This document shows positions 43,688 through 54,909 of a stretch of DNA of 64,000 bases, piece after piece. The notes beneath the pieces are model-generated. The model was not told the origin of the DNA and did no database searches. It saw nothing but the letters and a program-made list of their open reading frames with translations. A program made the position numbers and the translations under genes. Each line of letters begins with the position of its first letter. The stretch's first letter is position 1. The stretch is from Calditrichia bacterium (GTDB lineage Bacteria > Calditrichota > Calditrichia > JAJRVZ01). The stretch covers positions 160,001-224,000 of the forward strand of contig CAVZSQ010000019.1 of the NCBI GenBank assembly GCA_963777955.1. Reading direction: 5' to 3'.

Positions 43688-43735
43688 ATACCTACCGTCG
43701 GTATAAATCTAATATCCTGAGCTGGTAAAATCAAT
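43688..43735 (-). promoter_or_regulatory. Sigma70-like promoter with a downstream TetR operator
   Basis: Minus strand TTGATT-N17-TAGATT, then the palindrome ATACCGACGGTAGGTAT (43688-43704) 5 nt before the ATG. Confidence 0.55.
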
Positions 43736-43857
43736 AATAATTTTATCACATATTCTTATCTGCATTTTTAATTTTTTCGATCGGATGCAGAATTTAATAG
43801 AATATTTGAGTATCTATCTTTATTTTTTATTTATTATAATTAAAAACAGGCAGAATT

Positions 43858-44674
43858 ATGGATTTTTCATGGTTTTCAGACTTACACCCTGTTATGCAAG
43901 TCTCTGCTGGCCACCACTTTCACCTGGTTTCTCACCGCGCTGGGCGCAGCCGTTGTATTTATTTTTAAATCGATCAACCGCAAAGTCCTGGACGGCATGC
44001 TGGGTTTTGCTGCCGGAGTGATGATCGCCGCCAGTTTCTGGTCGCTGCTGGCCCCGGCTATCGAGATGGCCGAGGCATCGGGATCCGTCGCCTGGGTGCC
44101 GGCAGTCATCGGATTTCTGTTGGGGGGATTATTTCTCAGGGGTTTAGATTCGATATTGCCGCATCTGCATATGGGTTTATCTTTGGATCAGGCCGAAGGT
44201 ATCCATACCAAGTGGCGGCGGGTGGTTTTACTTATTCTGGCTATAACGCTGCATAACATTCCTGAAGGACTGGCAGTCGGTGTGGCTTTCGGGGCCGTGG
44301 CTGCCGATATTCCCAGTGCTACCCTGGCCGGAGCTATCGCCCTGGCTATCGGTATAGGCATACAGAATTTTCCGGAAGGGGCCGCTGTATCGGTTCCGCT
44401 GCGCCGGGAAGGACTTTCACGTCTGAAATGCTTCTTTTACGGCCAGGCTTCCGCTATCGTTGAACCGATTGCCGGAGTGCTGGGCGCAGCGTTGGTACTG
44501 CTGATGAGACCCATTCTGCCTTATGCCCTTTCCTTTGCCGCCGGCGCGATGATCTTTGTAGTAGTCGAGGAATTGATTCCAGAATCACAGCAGGATAAAA
44601 ATACGGATATTTCCACCATGGGCGCCATGGTCGGTTTCGCTGTAATGATGATGCTGGATGTAGGACTTGGATAG
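43858..44674 (+). CDS. ZIP (ZupT/GufA) family metal transporter (frameshift near 43900)
   Basis: [23 protein letters not shown] and IQNFPEG motifs; true start [11 protein letters not shown] at 43858. Confidence 0.92.
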
Positions 44675-44822
44675 TACCACTAGTTAGTAAATTTGATGCT
44701 GGGCAAGGATGAACGATAATGGTTAAAAAATAAAACCTTGTCGAGCGCAAGCCGTAGAGGTACAGGAATAAAATGGAGTTCTTTATCCTTTACCCTTTAT
44801 CTTAAACAACTGGAGGCAAACA

Positions 44823-46694
44823 ATGAAATTATTTACCAACCTTTTCAGGTTTAGTTTAAGTTCGATTTTGATCATCAGGACGGCAATACTCGTATCACGG
44901 ATGCAACCATCCAAGGCGCGAAGAAGACCTGTTTCCTACGATATATCCACCCTGTTCAACCAGGAACCGCGCCCCTGGCAGGGAGACAAACTCCTCAACG
45001 ATCCGGAAAATTTTCAATTTATCATTATCGCCGATCGTACCGGCGGAAACAGGCCGGGTATTTTTGAACAGGCCATCGAAAAAATTAACTGGCTGCAACC
45101 GGAATTCGTTATGTCCAGCGGAGATCTGATCGAAGGGTATTCCGATGATATAAATACCATCGAGACGCAATGGCAGGAATTTTCGAACGTTGTTGCTGAA
45201 TTACAGATGCCGTTTTTCTTCGTACCCGGCAATCATGATATCAGTAATAATCTGCAGTTACTCGAATGGCATAAACGCTACGGCTCACCCTACTATCATT
45301 TTATTTATAAAAATATCCTGTTTCTGATCCTGAATACGACAGATCCTGCCCACGCTGCGATCAGCCCTGAGCAAACAGCGTATTGTTTAAATGTACTGCA
45401 TAAATATAAAAACGTACGCTGGACTATGGTGTTCATGCATGAACCGCTCTGGCATTATGGCGGTATTAAAGGTTATCTGCCCATCGAAGCGGCTTTAAAA
45501 GACCGTCCCCATACCGTTTTTTCCGGACATTACCACCAGTACCTGCATTCCCAAAAGAATGGGCACGACCACTACATTCTGGCCACCAGCGGCGGAGTCA
45601 GCCAACTGCGCGGAAGTCAATTCGGCGAATTCGACCAGTTGGTCTGGGTTACCATGACCGCACAGGGACCGCAAATCGCCAATCTGGCTATTAACGGAAT
45701 ACTGTCTGAGGATATTGTCAATGATTCCACTTATACCATGGTTCAGACTCTGCTCGATGGAAACTGGGTACATATTGAACCTGCGGTCAATTCCACGGCG
45801 GAATTGACGGAAATCAACACGATGATTCATTTTGATAATCCGGCCCGGTACCCACTGAAAGTAAAATCTCAAATACCAAATTCCAAAGAAATCCACTTTT
45901 CCCCGGAGTACATCGAGCTGGTTGTCCCGGCCGGCAGCTCAAAAGAAATTCCACTTCAGGTCAGCCTGGCCCAGGCGACACCAATTCAGAACCTGGAACC
46001 ACTCTGGTTCGATTTCTACGGTTCCTATCTGTATCCGCAGGATACCACCCTGGCTCTGCCAACCAAATGTGAATTCCTGTTAGACTGGCAGCACAATTGT
46101 CCCCGGGCCCTGACGGTCGGCGACATTGACGGAAAAATCGATGACTGGTACAAATCATTATTCATCCAGTGCCGGCGTCCGCAGGCTATTATAGAAGACT
46201 GGGACTGGCACGGCGTTCAGGACGGTTGGTTTCAATTCGCTACCATGTACGACCGGGATAATCTATACCTGGCTCTGGAATTTTTCGACGACCGCACGCT
46301 GGTCTATCCTGAGAATCCCGAATTGAAGCAGGACAGGTTCTACATTGAAATCGATCCTGCTCCGCAGGTAAAAAAACCGGCAGACGCTGCTCCCGGAAAA
46401 ATACTTAAAATACAATTGTCCGCAGGAATGGAGGTTGGAAAACCGGCGATCAACGATTCATCGATTAAGGCTGCCCTGGTAGTGAATGCGGATAAATACA
46501 TGATTGCTGAACTCGCGATCCCCTGGCGTATTATTTATAAGGAAGAAGGTACCTCCCGATCCGTTTTCCGGTTAAATATCGGCGTAATGGATCATGATAA
46601 TCCGGCCAGCAGCAAACCGTCCATTTTATTATGGCGACCGAAGTGGGATTTTAAACAGAACTATCCAGAATCAGGAATATTCACAAAAAAATAG
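44823..46694 (+). CDS. Calcineurin-like metallophosphoesterase with a C-terminal CBM9-like domain
   Basis: IADRTGG, GDLIEG, PGNHD, FMHEP and SGHYH motifs; IDGKIDDW...YLAL...D C-terminal domain. Confidence 0.85.
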   Translation: MKLFTNLFRFSLSSILIIRTAILVSRMQPSKARRRPVSYDISTLFNQEPRPWQGDKLLNDPENFQFIIIADRTGGNRPGIFEQAIEKINWLQPEFVMSSGDLIEGYSDDINTIETQWQEFSNVVAELQMPFFFVPGNHDISNNLQLLEWHKRYGSPYYHFIYKNILFLILNTTDPAHAAISPEQTAYCLNVLHKYKNVRWTMVFMHEPLWHYGGIKGYLPIEAALKDRPHTVFSGHYHQYLHSQKNGHDHYILATSGGVSQLRGSQFGEFDQLVWVTMTAQGPQIANLAINGILSEDIVNDSTYTMVQTLLDGNWVHIEPAVNSTAELTEINTMIHFDNPARYPLKVKSQIPNSKEIHFSPEYIELVVPAGSSKEIPLQVSLAQATPIQNLEPLWFDFYGSYLYPQDTTLALPTKCEFLLDWQHNCPRALTVGDIDGKIDDWYKSLFIQCRRPQAIIEDWDWHGVQDGWFQFATMYDRDNLYLALEFFDDRTLVYPENPELKQDRFYIEIDPAPQVKKPADAAPGKILKIQLSAGMEVGKPAINDSSIKAALVVNADKYMIAELAIPWRIIYKEEGTSRSVFRLNIGVMDHDNPASSKPSILLWRPKWDFKQNYPESGIFTKK

Positions 46695-46731
46695 ACGGCA
46701 TAATAATTTTTGAGGCCTGTGACAGCCTGAC

Positions 46732-47325
46732 TCATTTGTGATGGCGCTTTTTCAAAACATTGACGACCTGAGCTATGGTAACTTTCTTACAAGTCATTAA
46801 AACCAGCAGGTGATAAAGCAGATCGGCAATTTCATTTTCCAGCCGATCCCTTTTTTTATCGAGGGCAGCGATGATCACCTCGGTCGCTTCCTCCCCCACC
46901 TTCTGGACAATCCGGTTCAGTCCTGCGCTGAATAAACGTGATGTATACGAGGTTTTTTGTGGATTGATTTTTCTGTCGGCGATAATTTTTTCCAGTTCAT
47001 CCAAAAAATTGCCGTTTGAATTTTTTTCATTGAAACAGGTATCAGAGCCTTTATGACAAACCGGACCCGCCGGATCGACTTTAATCAACAAGGTATCACT
47101 ATCACAGTCCGTTAAGATTTTCTTACAGGTCAGGTAATTTCCGGAGACTTCACCTTTAGTCCACAGGCGCTTTTTGCTGCGTGAATAAAAGGTGACCTGT
47201 CCTTTCTCCCTGGTTTTTTTTAATGCCGCCTCATCCATATAAGCCAGCATTAAAACCCTGCCTGTCTGTTCATCCTGGATTATGGCCGGAATCAAACCAT
47301 TGCCTTTCTTAAAATCTAATTTCAT
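46732..47325 (-). CDS. hisIE: Bifunctional phosphoribosyl-AMP cyclohydrolase/phosphoribosyl-ATP pyrophosphatase
   Basis: [24 protein letters not shown] and KVGEEATE motifs. Confidence 0.96.
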   Translation of the reverse strand: MKLDFKKGNGLIPAIIQDEQTGRVLMLAYMDEAALKKTREKGQVTFYSRSKKRLWTKGEVSGNYLTCKKILTDCDSDTLLIKVDPAGPVCHKGSDTCFNEKNSNGNFLDELEKIIADRKINPQKTSYTSRLFSAGLNRIVQKVGEEATEVIIAALDKKRDRLENEIADLLYHLLVLMTCKKVTIAQVVNVLKKRHHK

Positions 47326-48079
47326 AAACGCACCGCCACCTGATTATTTATTAAATATTTTTTGAGTTCGGGAATCGATATCTCGCCGAAATGGAACACA
47401 CTGGCCGCCAGGGCTGCATCGGCCTTGCCGGTGGTCAACACTTCCAGGAAATGCCGATTCATACCGGCGCCGCCGGAGGCTATAACCGGTACCGGCTTAC
47501 CCGTTCCGAGATCATCCGGGTTAAATCCAGAGCATAACCGTCCTTGGTGCCGTCATGATTCATGGAAGTCAGCAATATCTCTCCGGCACCACGCTGAACC
47601 ACCTCATCAGCCCAATCCAGTGTAAGCCGTTCGGTAGGGGTCCTGCCGCCATTGACATAGACCGACCATCGGCCATCCACATTTTTGGTATCAATGGCCA
47701 CCACGATACACTGACTGCCAAATCTGCCGGCCAGCCGGTCGATTAAATCCGGTTTTTTAACCGCGGCCGTATTGATGGTAATTTTATCGGCTCCCGCCTG
47801 CAGCAGCCGGGTGACATCATCTTCGGTATGAATTCCTCCGCCGACGGTAAATGGTATATTAAGATTCCGGGCAATACGCTTCACCAGATCCTGAAAGATA
47901 CGGCGCTGTTCGACCGTGGCGGTTATATCCAGAAAAACCAGTTCATCGGCCCCCTGCTCCGCATATACCTGGCCCAGTTCTACCGGATCACCGGCCTGGC
48001 GCAGGTTGACAAAGTTAATCCCTTTGACGGTTTGACCGTCTTTCACATCCAGACAGGGGATGATCCTCTTAGTCAGCAT
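47322..48079 (-). CDS. hisF: Imidazole glycerol phosphate synthase cyclase subunit (frameshift near 47490)
   Basis: [12 protein letters not shown] and [11 protein letters not shown]-terminus [13 protein letters not shown] in the shifted frame. Confidence 0.95.
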
Positions 48080-48794
48080 ACAATTCTTTCAACTCCCGAA
48101 AATTTATATATCCTTCATAAAAGGCCTTACCAATTATTACTCCATCCACATCCAGGCTATTTAAAGTCTGAACATCTTTGATCGTGGTTACTCCGCCGCT
48201 GGCAATCAAAAAAAGGTCCGGAAATGTTCCCTTTACCAGGCGATACATATCAACTGCAGGCCCCTGTAATAAACCGTCTTTTTCAATATCTGTACAGATA
48301 ACGGTTTTAATTCCTGCCTGCCGGAATTCTGTTAAAAAGTCCAGCAGATCGATCCTGGTGTTCTCCGACCAGGCGCCGATCTTCACGAAACTTTTATAGA
48401 AATCGGCGGCCAGGATGATTTTATCGCTGCCATATTTTACAAGCCATTCGCAAAATAATGCTCGGCAGGTGACCGCGATACTACCGATTGCAACCTGGGC
48501 AGCACCACAGCGGAATACCAGATCCAGATCGGCCTGTGAACGAATGCCGCCGCTGAAATCGATTAGCAGTCCGGTATGTGCCGCAATTTTTTCCAGCACC
48601 AGATGATTAACCACTTTTCCTTGCCTGGCACCGTCAAGGTCGACCAGATGCAGGCGTTTACAGCCGTGCTGTTCAAATTCTATGGCCACAGCGAGCGGAT
48701 CAACATCATACTGTTTTACTGCATCAAAACGACCCTGGCGCAGGCGGACGCACCTGCCGCCAATCAAATCGATAGCCGGGATGATCGTGATCAT
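48069..48794 (-). CDS. hisA: ProFAR isomerase
   Basis: [16 protein letters not shown] and TDIEKDG motifs. Confidence 0.95.
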   Translation of the reverse strand: MITIIPAIDLIGGRCVRLRQGRFDAVKQYDVDPLAVAIEFEQHGCKRLHLVDLDGARQGKVVNHLVLEKIAAHTGLLIDFSGGIRSQADLDLVFRCGAAQVAIGSIAVTCRALFCEWLVKYGSDKIILAADFYKSFVKIGAWSENTRIDLLDFLTEFRQAGIKTVICTDIEKDGLLQGPAVDMYRLVKGTFPDLFLIASGGVTTIKDVQTLNSLDVDGVIIGKAFYEGYINFRELKELYAD

Positions 48795-49381
48795 AGCTCC
48801 AAAAAATTTTTAAGAATTAACTCTCCGACTTTTCCGCTTTTTTCCGGATGAAATTGCAGCGCATAAAAATTATCCTGTTGTAAGGCCGCACTGAACGGGA
48901 CGATGTAATCGGTGATCGCCGCGGCAGCCGCGGTAGCCGCGTCCGCCTGGGCATAATAACTATGGACAAAATAAACATAACTGTTTTCCCCTACCCCAGC
49001 AAAGAGAGGACCTTTTAAAGTACAGATAGTATTCCAGCCCATATGGGGTACTTTATGCCCAGCTGGAAATTTCATGACATTTGCCGGAAAAATTCCCAGA
49101 CCGCTGGTTGCATTTTCCTCGCTGTAGCGGCACAGCAACTGCAGGCCCAGACAGATGCCCAGCACCGGCTGCTGTAAATGAATGATGACCCGGTCAAGTT
49201 TACGGGCCATGAGGTAACTCATGGCCGAACTCGCTTCACCCACCCCCGGAAAAATTACTTTATCAGCCTGCTGTATCAGTAGCGGATCGTCGCTGATCAG
49301 CGGTATCACACCCAGTCGTTCCAGGGCCAGTTGCACGGAATAAATATTCCCGGCATTATACTTTATAATAACGACTTTCAC
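48791..49381 (-). CDS. hisH: IGP synthase glutamine amidotransferase subunit
   Basis: PGVG, GICLGLQ and QFHPEKS motifs. Confidence 0.96.
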   Translation of the reverse strand: MKVVIIKYNAGNIYSVQLALERLGVIPLISDDPLLIQQADKVIFPGVGEASSAMSYLMARKLDRVIIHLQQPVLGICLGLQLLCRYSEENATSGLGIFPANVMKFPAGHKVPHMGWNTICTLKGPLFAGVGENSYVYFVHSYYAQADAATAAAAAITDYIVPFSAALQQDNFYALQFHPEKSGKVGELILKNFLEL

Positions 49382-50469
49382 AGTAATCCTTTGGTACTGG
49401 GCAATAATTTACCCTGTGCATCCCGCTGCACGGCCATGCGCAAAGCCCGCGCCGTTGCTTTGAAGATCGCCTCGATTTTATGGTGTTCGTTCTCCCCCTC
49501 AGCCCGGATATGCAAATTGCAGCCGGCCTGATCGCTGAATGATTTAAAAAAGTGATAAAACATTTCAGTGGGTACATCGCCGATCTTTTCCCGCTTGAAT
49601 TTCACTTTCCAGACCAATACGGATCTGCCACCCAAATCCACAGCAACCCGGGCCAGCGCTTCATCCATCGGCAAGACAAAACCGTAGCGCTGCATGCCCT
49701 GTTTATCTTTTAAAGCCTGCTGCAGAGCCATTCCCAGTACAATAGCGGTATCTTCGACCGTATGATGTTCATCTGTGTCCAGATCCCCTTTGATGTTCAT
49801 CTCCAGATCAAAGCCGGAATGACGGCTGAACAACTCCAGCATATGTTTTAAAAATCCTAACCGGCAGCGTATGCGGTACTTTCCATTGCCATCCAGATTT
49901 AACCGGACGGTTATGTCGGTTTCAGTGCTTTTTCTGTTCACCACGGCCTGGCGTGGTCTTCCGGTCAGAAACTCATATATTTTAGACCAATCGCTAGTCG
50001 TCAGAGCCGCATCTTTATTTTTTTTGTTATTAATAAATATGGCCTGGCAACCCAGATTCTTAGCCAGTTGGATATCGGTCAACCGATCGCCGATTACGTA
50101 GGAATGGGCTAAATCATGCTTCCCTTTCATATATTTTTTCAGCATCCCCGTCCCCGGTTTGCGGGTTGGAGCCTGGTCGGCCGGAAAGGTACGGTCGAGC
50201 AGTACCTGCGAAAAATGAATATTCTCATCGGCCAGCACCTGCAGCATAAAATTATGCACCGGCCAGAATTTTTTTTCCGGCAGGAAATGCGTGCCCAATC
50301 CATCCTGGTTGCTTACCAGCACCAGTTCATAATCTGTTTCGGCAGCAATTTTACGCAATGCGGAAATAACTCCCGGCAAAAACCGCATCTTGGCAAAGGA
50401 ATCCACCTGTTCATCCGGCGTCTCAAATAAAATAGTGCCATCACGGTCAATAAATAAAACTTTTTTCAT
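49378..50469 (-). CDS. hisB: Bifunctional histidinol-phosphatase/IGP dehydratase
   Basis: HAD motif FIDRDGT fused to DEHHTVED and NEHHKIE. Confidence 0.96.
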   Translation of the reverse strand: MKKVLFIDRDGTILFETPDEQVDSFAKMRFLPGVISALRKIAAETDYELVLVSNQDGLGTHFLPEKKFWPVHNFMLQVLADENIHFSQVLLDRTFPADQAPTRKPGTGMLKKYMKGKHDLAHSYVIGDRLTDIQLAKNLGCQAIFINNKKNKDAALTTSDWSKIYEFLTGRPRQAVVNRKSTETDITVRLNLDGNGKYRIRCRLGFLKHMLELFSRHSGFDLEMNIKGDLDTDEHHTVEDTAIVLGMALQQALKDKQGMQRYGFVLPMDEALARVAVDLGGRSVLVWKVKFKREKIGDVPTEMFYHFFKSFSDQAGCNLHIRAEGENEHHKIEAIFKATARALRMAVQRDAQGKLLPSTKGLL

Positions 50470-51517
50470 CGGAGATCTCCTTGAGAGCTGCTATTAATAT
50501 TTTGTTTTCAGTCTGCCGTGCCCACCGTAATACGCAGACAGTTTTGACAGCCCGGTATGTTAGAACGATCCCGGATGATAATATTCCTTTTGAGCAGGTT
50601 CTGATAGACCAGTCCGGCATCCCTGACTTTAATTAACAGAAAATTGGCGTCGGAAGGATAAACTTTTTCTACTACAGGCAGCCCGGCCAACTTCTGCTCC
50701 AGGTAGCGACGCTGGGCCAGGATGCGGGTAACCAGTTTATCCTTGCGGTGCATCCTGCCGAAGGCCTTTAAAACCGTTTGCTGGGTTAAACCGCTTACAT
50801 TGTAAGGATACTTGACATTATTCATGACTTCGATTATCCGGGGATCAGCATAAGCCATGCCCAGGCGGATATTGGCCAAACCCCAGGCCTTGGAAAACGT
50901 CTGCAGTATCACCAGATTCGGATATTTTTTCAGCCAGGACAAAAATGTTTTTTGCGGACAGAAATCTATATAAGCTTCATCTATAACCACCATGGCTTTA
51001 ACTGTTTTCAGTATCCGTTCCACGTCGCCGGGCTGCATCACATTGGCCGTCGGATTGTTGGGTGAGCAGATAAAAAGTAATTTATGCCGGGAATCCACTT
51101 GCTGTATAATTTGTGCGGTATCCAGCCGGAAAACGGGCGTCAGGGGTACTTCGCTGACAGCGATATCATTAACCCCGGCAAAAAAAGTATAGACGCCGTA
51201 GGTCGGTGGAAAGATCATCAGCGCATCCTGGCCCGGTTCGCAAAAAAGGCGGATCAGTACATCGACAGCCTCGTCACTGCCGTTGCCGATAAAAATTTGG
51301 TCTTCGTGCAAACCCTTGATCCTGCCCAGTTTTGCCTTGATTTCCTTTTGCAGCGGATCGGGATAGCGGTTTAGTTTTTTGCCGGTCACCGATCCCAGTG
51401 AATTTTCATTGGCATCCAGAAAAATACCGCGGCGGCGTTTCCGCTGTATTCCAGCCGGGCCGAAGAATATGGCTGTACTTTTTTTATATTCGGCCTGATC
51501 AGATCGGTTATCTTCAT
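50447..51517 (-). CDS. hisC: Histidinol-phosphate aminotransferase (frameshifts near both ends)
   Basis: MKITDLIRPNI..YSSAR, LDANEN, GNGSDE, SPNNPT and TFSKAWGLA motifs. Confidence 0.93.
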
Positions 51518-52822
51518 CGGCGCTTTCTACCTTGTTTATCCAGACGCACCCGGACCGAATTGCCATGTCCGGACAGATTTTCAGCTTCAGCCAGGGTTTG
51601 GATGGAGGGTCCTAACCACCGCAAACCCCTACGGCTGAGTTGTTGAAAAGTAATCATTTTCAGGAAACTTTCCACATTAATTCCGCTTTGATGGCGGGCA
51701 TAACCGCCGGTGGGCAGCGTATGATTTGTGCCCGAAGCATAATCTCCCGCTGCTTCAGGCGAGTCAGGTCCGATAAAAACACTGCCCGCATTTTTAATAG
51801 CCGGTAGTATCCGGGCCGGATCTCTTAAATTCAGGATCAGATGCTCGGGGGCATATAAATTAATATACTGCACGGCGCGGTTGAGATCGGCGATGAAGAT
51901 CAGTTTACCATGCTGCAAGGATTGCCGGGCAATATCTTTTCTGGGCAAGATCTGTAATTGGCCACGAAGTGCCTTTTGCACTTTGCTCAGCAAGGCTACC
52001 TGCGTTGTGACCAGAATAACCTGGCTGTCGGTGCCATGTTCAGCCTGGGCTAGCAGATCTGCGGCAACGAATTCCGGATCAGCAGTTCCGTCGGCTAAAA
52101 CCAGCACCTCCGATGGCCCGGCCGGCATATCGATTCCCACTCCATCCAATTGCACCAGTTGTTTGGCCAGAGTGACATATTGATTGCCGGGTCCGAATAT
52201 TTTATAAACAGCCGGAACGCTTTCGCTGCCATATGCCATGGCTGCCACTGCCTGGGCACCGCCAAGTTTGTAAATATGTTTCAAACCCAGATAATGACAG
52301 GCATAAAGAATAAGCGGATTCACTGCACCCTGCCGGTCAGGGGGGGAGCAGACGATTATTTCCCTGCATCCGGCCAGCAGTGCCGGGATGCCCAGCATCA
52401 GTACCGTAGAAAATAAAGGCGCCCGGCCGCCGGGAATATATAAACCCACCTTCTCAATTGGCAATAGTTTACGCCAGCACACCACACCAGGGACCGTCTC
52501 AATCTTGCGCAGCCGGCTGCCGCCGCCGAAGGTCTGCCCGGCATGAAATTTCCTGATGTTCGCCGCAGCAATCGTCATAGCTTTTTTCAACTCAGGCTGT
52601 ACCTCTGCGACCGCCGCAGTTATTTCCTGCCTGCTCACTTTCAAACCGGCGAGTCTGGCCTGATCAAAACGAAGTGTTAATTTTCGCAAAGCCGGGTCGC
52701 CCTGCTCTCTGACCATTTTAAGTATTGAGTCTCACCTGACCAAGCATTTTACCGCGGTTGAGTACCGGACGCTTAATCAGCAATGGCCATTCTGTTTTTG
52801 AAGGATTTCGGATAATTTTCAT
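51514..52822 (-). CDS. hisD: Histidinol dehydrogenase (frameshift near 52730)
   Basis: GLYIPGG, IDMPAGPSEV, QAEH, APEHL and SGTNHTLPT motifs; start MKIIRNP at 52822. Confidence 0.94.
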
Positions 52823-52839
52823 TTTAATATTTTCCCGGT

Positions 52840-53694
52840 TTATACAATCATCTTTTCAATAGGTATGACCAGAATGCCCTCGGCACCGGCCTTCTTCAGA
52901 TTTTCAATATTTTCCCAGAAGTCATCTTCATGTATAACCGAATGCATCGAACTCCAGCCGCTCAGGGCCAGCGGCATCACCGTCGGGCTCTTCATTCCCG
53001 GCAGCATTTGCGAGATTGTTTTCAGTTTTTCATTAGGAGCATTCAATAAAATATATTTATATTTTTTCGCTTTATTAACTGCCCGGATACGAAAAAGTAA
53101 TTTATCCAGAATACTTTTCTTATCAGGATTTAACCCGGGATGTTGTACCAGAACTGCTTCCGAGTGCAGCACAACCTCCACTTCCTTCAATCCGTTACTC
53201 AGTAAGGTACTGCCTGTATTGACAATATCCATAATTGCATCGGCCAGCCCGATTCCGGGAGCAATCTCCACCGAACCGTTAATTTCATGAATGGTCACAT
53301 CAACTTTGCTGGCTGTCATAAAATTGCCCAGGATATTAGGATAGGAAGTGGCAATTTTCAAACCCTGCAAATCCTTGATGGAACTGTATTCCATTGATTT
53401 GGGAACAGCGATGGCCAGGCGGCAGCGGGCAAAACCGAGTTTTTCAGAGATAACCAATCCCCGTCCCTTTTCATGAAAGATATTTTCACCTACAATTCCC
53501 GCATCAGCGATCCGGTCAGCGACACATTCCGGAATATCATCATCGCGCAGGTATAAGATCTGGACCGGAAAGTTTTTAGCCTCGGCTTTTAATTTCGACT
53601 TGCCGCCGTTATCGAATTCAATACCGGTCTCTTCCAGCAACCTGACTGTTTTCTCGCTTAATCTGCCTGTCTTTTGGATCGCCAGTGTCAACAT
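52840..53694 (-). CDS. hisG: ATP phosphoribosyltransferase, long form
   Basis: AIQKTGRL, RDDDIP, GSVEIAP and TGSTL motifs; C-terminal regulatory domain. Confidence 0.96.
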   Translation of the reverse strand: MLTLAIQKTGRLSEKTVRLLEETGIEFDNGGKSKLKAEAKNFPVQILYLRDDDIPECVADRIADAGIVGENIFHEKGRGLVISEKLGFARCRLAIAVPKSMEYSSIKDLQGLKIATSYPNILGNFMTASKVDVTIHEINGSVEIAPGIGLADAIMDIVNTGSTLLSNGLKEVEVVLHSEAVLVQHPGLNPDKKSILDKLLFRIRAVNKAKKYKYILLNAPNEKLKTISQMLPGMKSPTVMPLALSGWSSMHSVIHEDDFWENIENLKKAGAEGILVIPIEKMIV

Positions 53695-53715
53695 ACTTTA
53701 TACCCTTTCTGATTG

Positions 53716-53745
53716 AAATAAAAAACCCGGTTCCTGAGAACCGGG
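53716..53745 (-). terminator. his attenuator terminator
   Basis: Stem CCCGGTTC/GAACCGGG followed by TTTTTTATTT on the minus strand, about 20 nt before hisG. Confidence 0.85.
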
Positions 53746-53784
53746 CTTATTTATCTATGATTCAAGTTTTTACGGTAAATAAAA

Positions 53785-53853
53785 CTAGAACATACCCGGC
53801 TCCTGTTGAGTATGAGCATGGTGATGAACATGATGTGAAATATAAGTTTTCAT
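53785..53853 (-). CDS. hisL: his operon leader peptide MKTYISHHVHHHAHTQQEPGMF
   Basis: 22-codon ORF with 6 His in 8 consecutive codons, directly upstream of the terminator and hisG. Confidence 0.88.
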   Translation of the reverse strand: MKTYISHHVHHHAHTQQEPGMF

Positions 53854-53876
53854 ATAATAAATATGCAATTTTTCTA

Positions 53877-53905
53877 ATATTAATAAATGTCTCCGACAGT
53901 ATCAA
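53877..53905 (-). promoter_or_regulatory. Putative sigma70 promoter of the his operon
   Basis: TTGATA-N17-TAATAT on the minus strand, just upstream of the leader ORF. Confidence 0.5.
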
Positions 53906-53921
53906 GTATAATTTATCGGAT

Positions 53922-54278
53922 TTAACCTGCTTTCTTCGTACCCACCGGTTTGGCTTTAAATACTATGGAAGTAATCAATTCGGTTAAAAAGCCATAGATT
54001 AAACCCATGACCAGGGTACCGACCATAATTCCGATATTATCTATCACCGGTAAAGCCATCGGAATACTGGCGATGAAACCGAGCACCAATCCATGTTGCC
54101 ACCAGACCAGGCGCAGGGCGCTGATCCCGATGGTAAATCCCAGCATGGTACGACCGATAATGATCATCCAGCGCTGCAGGAGTGTGATTTCACTATTGGA
54201 ACTGGCCAGTAGCATACATATAATACCAAAAATAAACCCACACAGTGTGGCGATAAGAACACGTTTCAAAGTCAACAT
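53922..54278 (-). CDS. Small four-TM membrane protein
   Basis: Hydrophobic ORF; the start MLTLKR follows a GAGGAGGG RBS. Confidence 0.7.
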   Translation of the reverse strand: MLTLKRVLIATLCGFIFGIICMLLASSNSEITLLQRWMIIIGRTMLGFTIGISALRLVWWQHGLVLGFIASIPMALPVIDNIGIMVGTLVMGLIYGFLTELITSIVFKAKPVGTKKAG

Positions 54279-54325
54279 GTTATACCCTCCTCTATTAATG
54301 GCCAAAAGTTACTTAACAGGCAAAT

Positions 54326-54517
54326 TCATTTTTTTACCAGCAGGCGCTGAACAGGCAGCACGATGCCGAACAGGATGCCGAGTCGCAGCGAAAGGCTCCA
54401 GTCGATAATTCCAATCCCATGTACCAGGATTGAATACAAATAACTTATCAGCAGGCTTAACAAATAAACCAGAATGAAAATAATGATGAACTCCCGTAGA
54501 AATTCTTTAACACTCAC
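54326..54517 (-). CDS. Small two-TM membrane protein
   Basis: 63 aa, GTG start after GGAGG, two hydrophobic helices. Confidence 0.6.
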   Translation of the reverse strand: MSVKEFLREFIIIFILVYLLSLLISYLYSILVHGIGIIDWSLSLRLGILFGIVLPVQRLLVKK

Positions 54518-54648
54518 AGCGATTCCTCCACCTCTGCAATGTTACGGCGGCTGTGGAAATTATTGACGGTATGAAAACGGTCGAGAGTAGAATATAAGGA
54601 ACTATAAAATTATCACACAATAATTATTTATAAATCTTACAGTATCCC

Positions 54649-54909
54649 TTATTTCCTTTTTCTCTTTTTACTTGCGGTCAAAAGTGCTGCTTTTTTGAGC
54701 GATACCCGGCGTGCCTGAAACCGTGCACGATGGATCAACCGGCTGAATCTGCTCAAATCTGGAGGAGCCAGTACCTTTAACACCAGCATGTCTTTATCCC
54801 CCACGACGACAAATTCCATACCTGCTTTAAGTCCCATTTGATTCCGAACAGTTTCCGGAATGACAATTTGTCCCTTGGAGGACAATTTGGTAGTGGACAA
54901 ATTAGTCAT
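54649..54909 (-). CDS. AbrB/MazE/SpoVT-family DNA-binding protein
   Basis: TTKLSSKGQIVIPETVRNQMGLKAG motif. Confidence 0.88.
   Translation of the reverse strand: MTNLSTTKLSSKGQIVIPETVRNQMGLKAGMEFVVVGDKDMLVLKVLAPPDLSRFSRLIHRARFQARRVSLKKAALLTASKKRKRK

Noticed and set aside
47322..52822. his pseudogenes or programmed frameshifting
   Set aside because: The operon is complete with an intact attenuator, no consistent slippery motif is seen, and similar indels occur across the window.
53685..53987. 100-aa plus-strand ORF upstream of hisG
   Set aside because: It is antisense to the his leader and attenuator, which explain the region.
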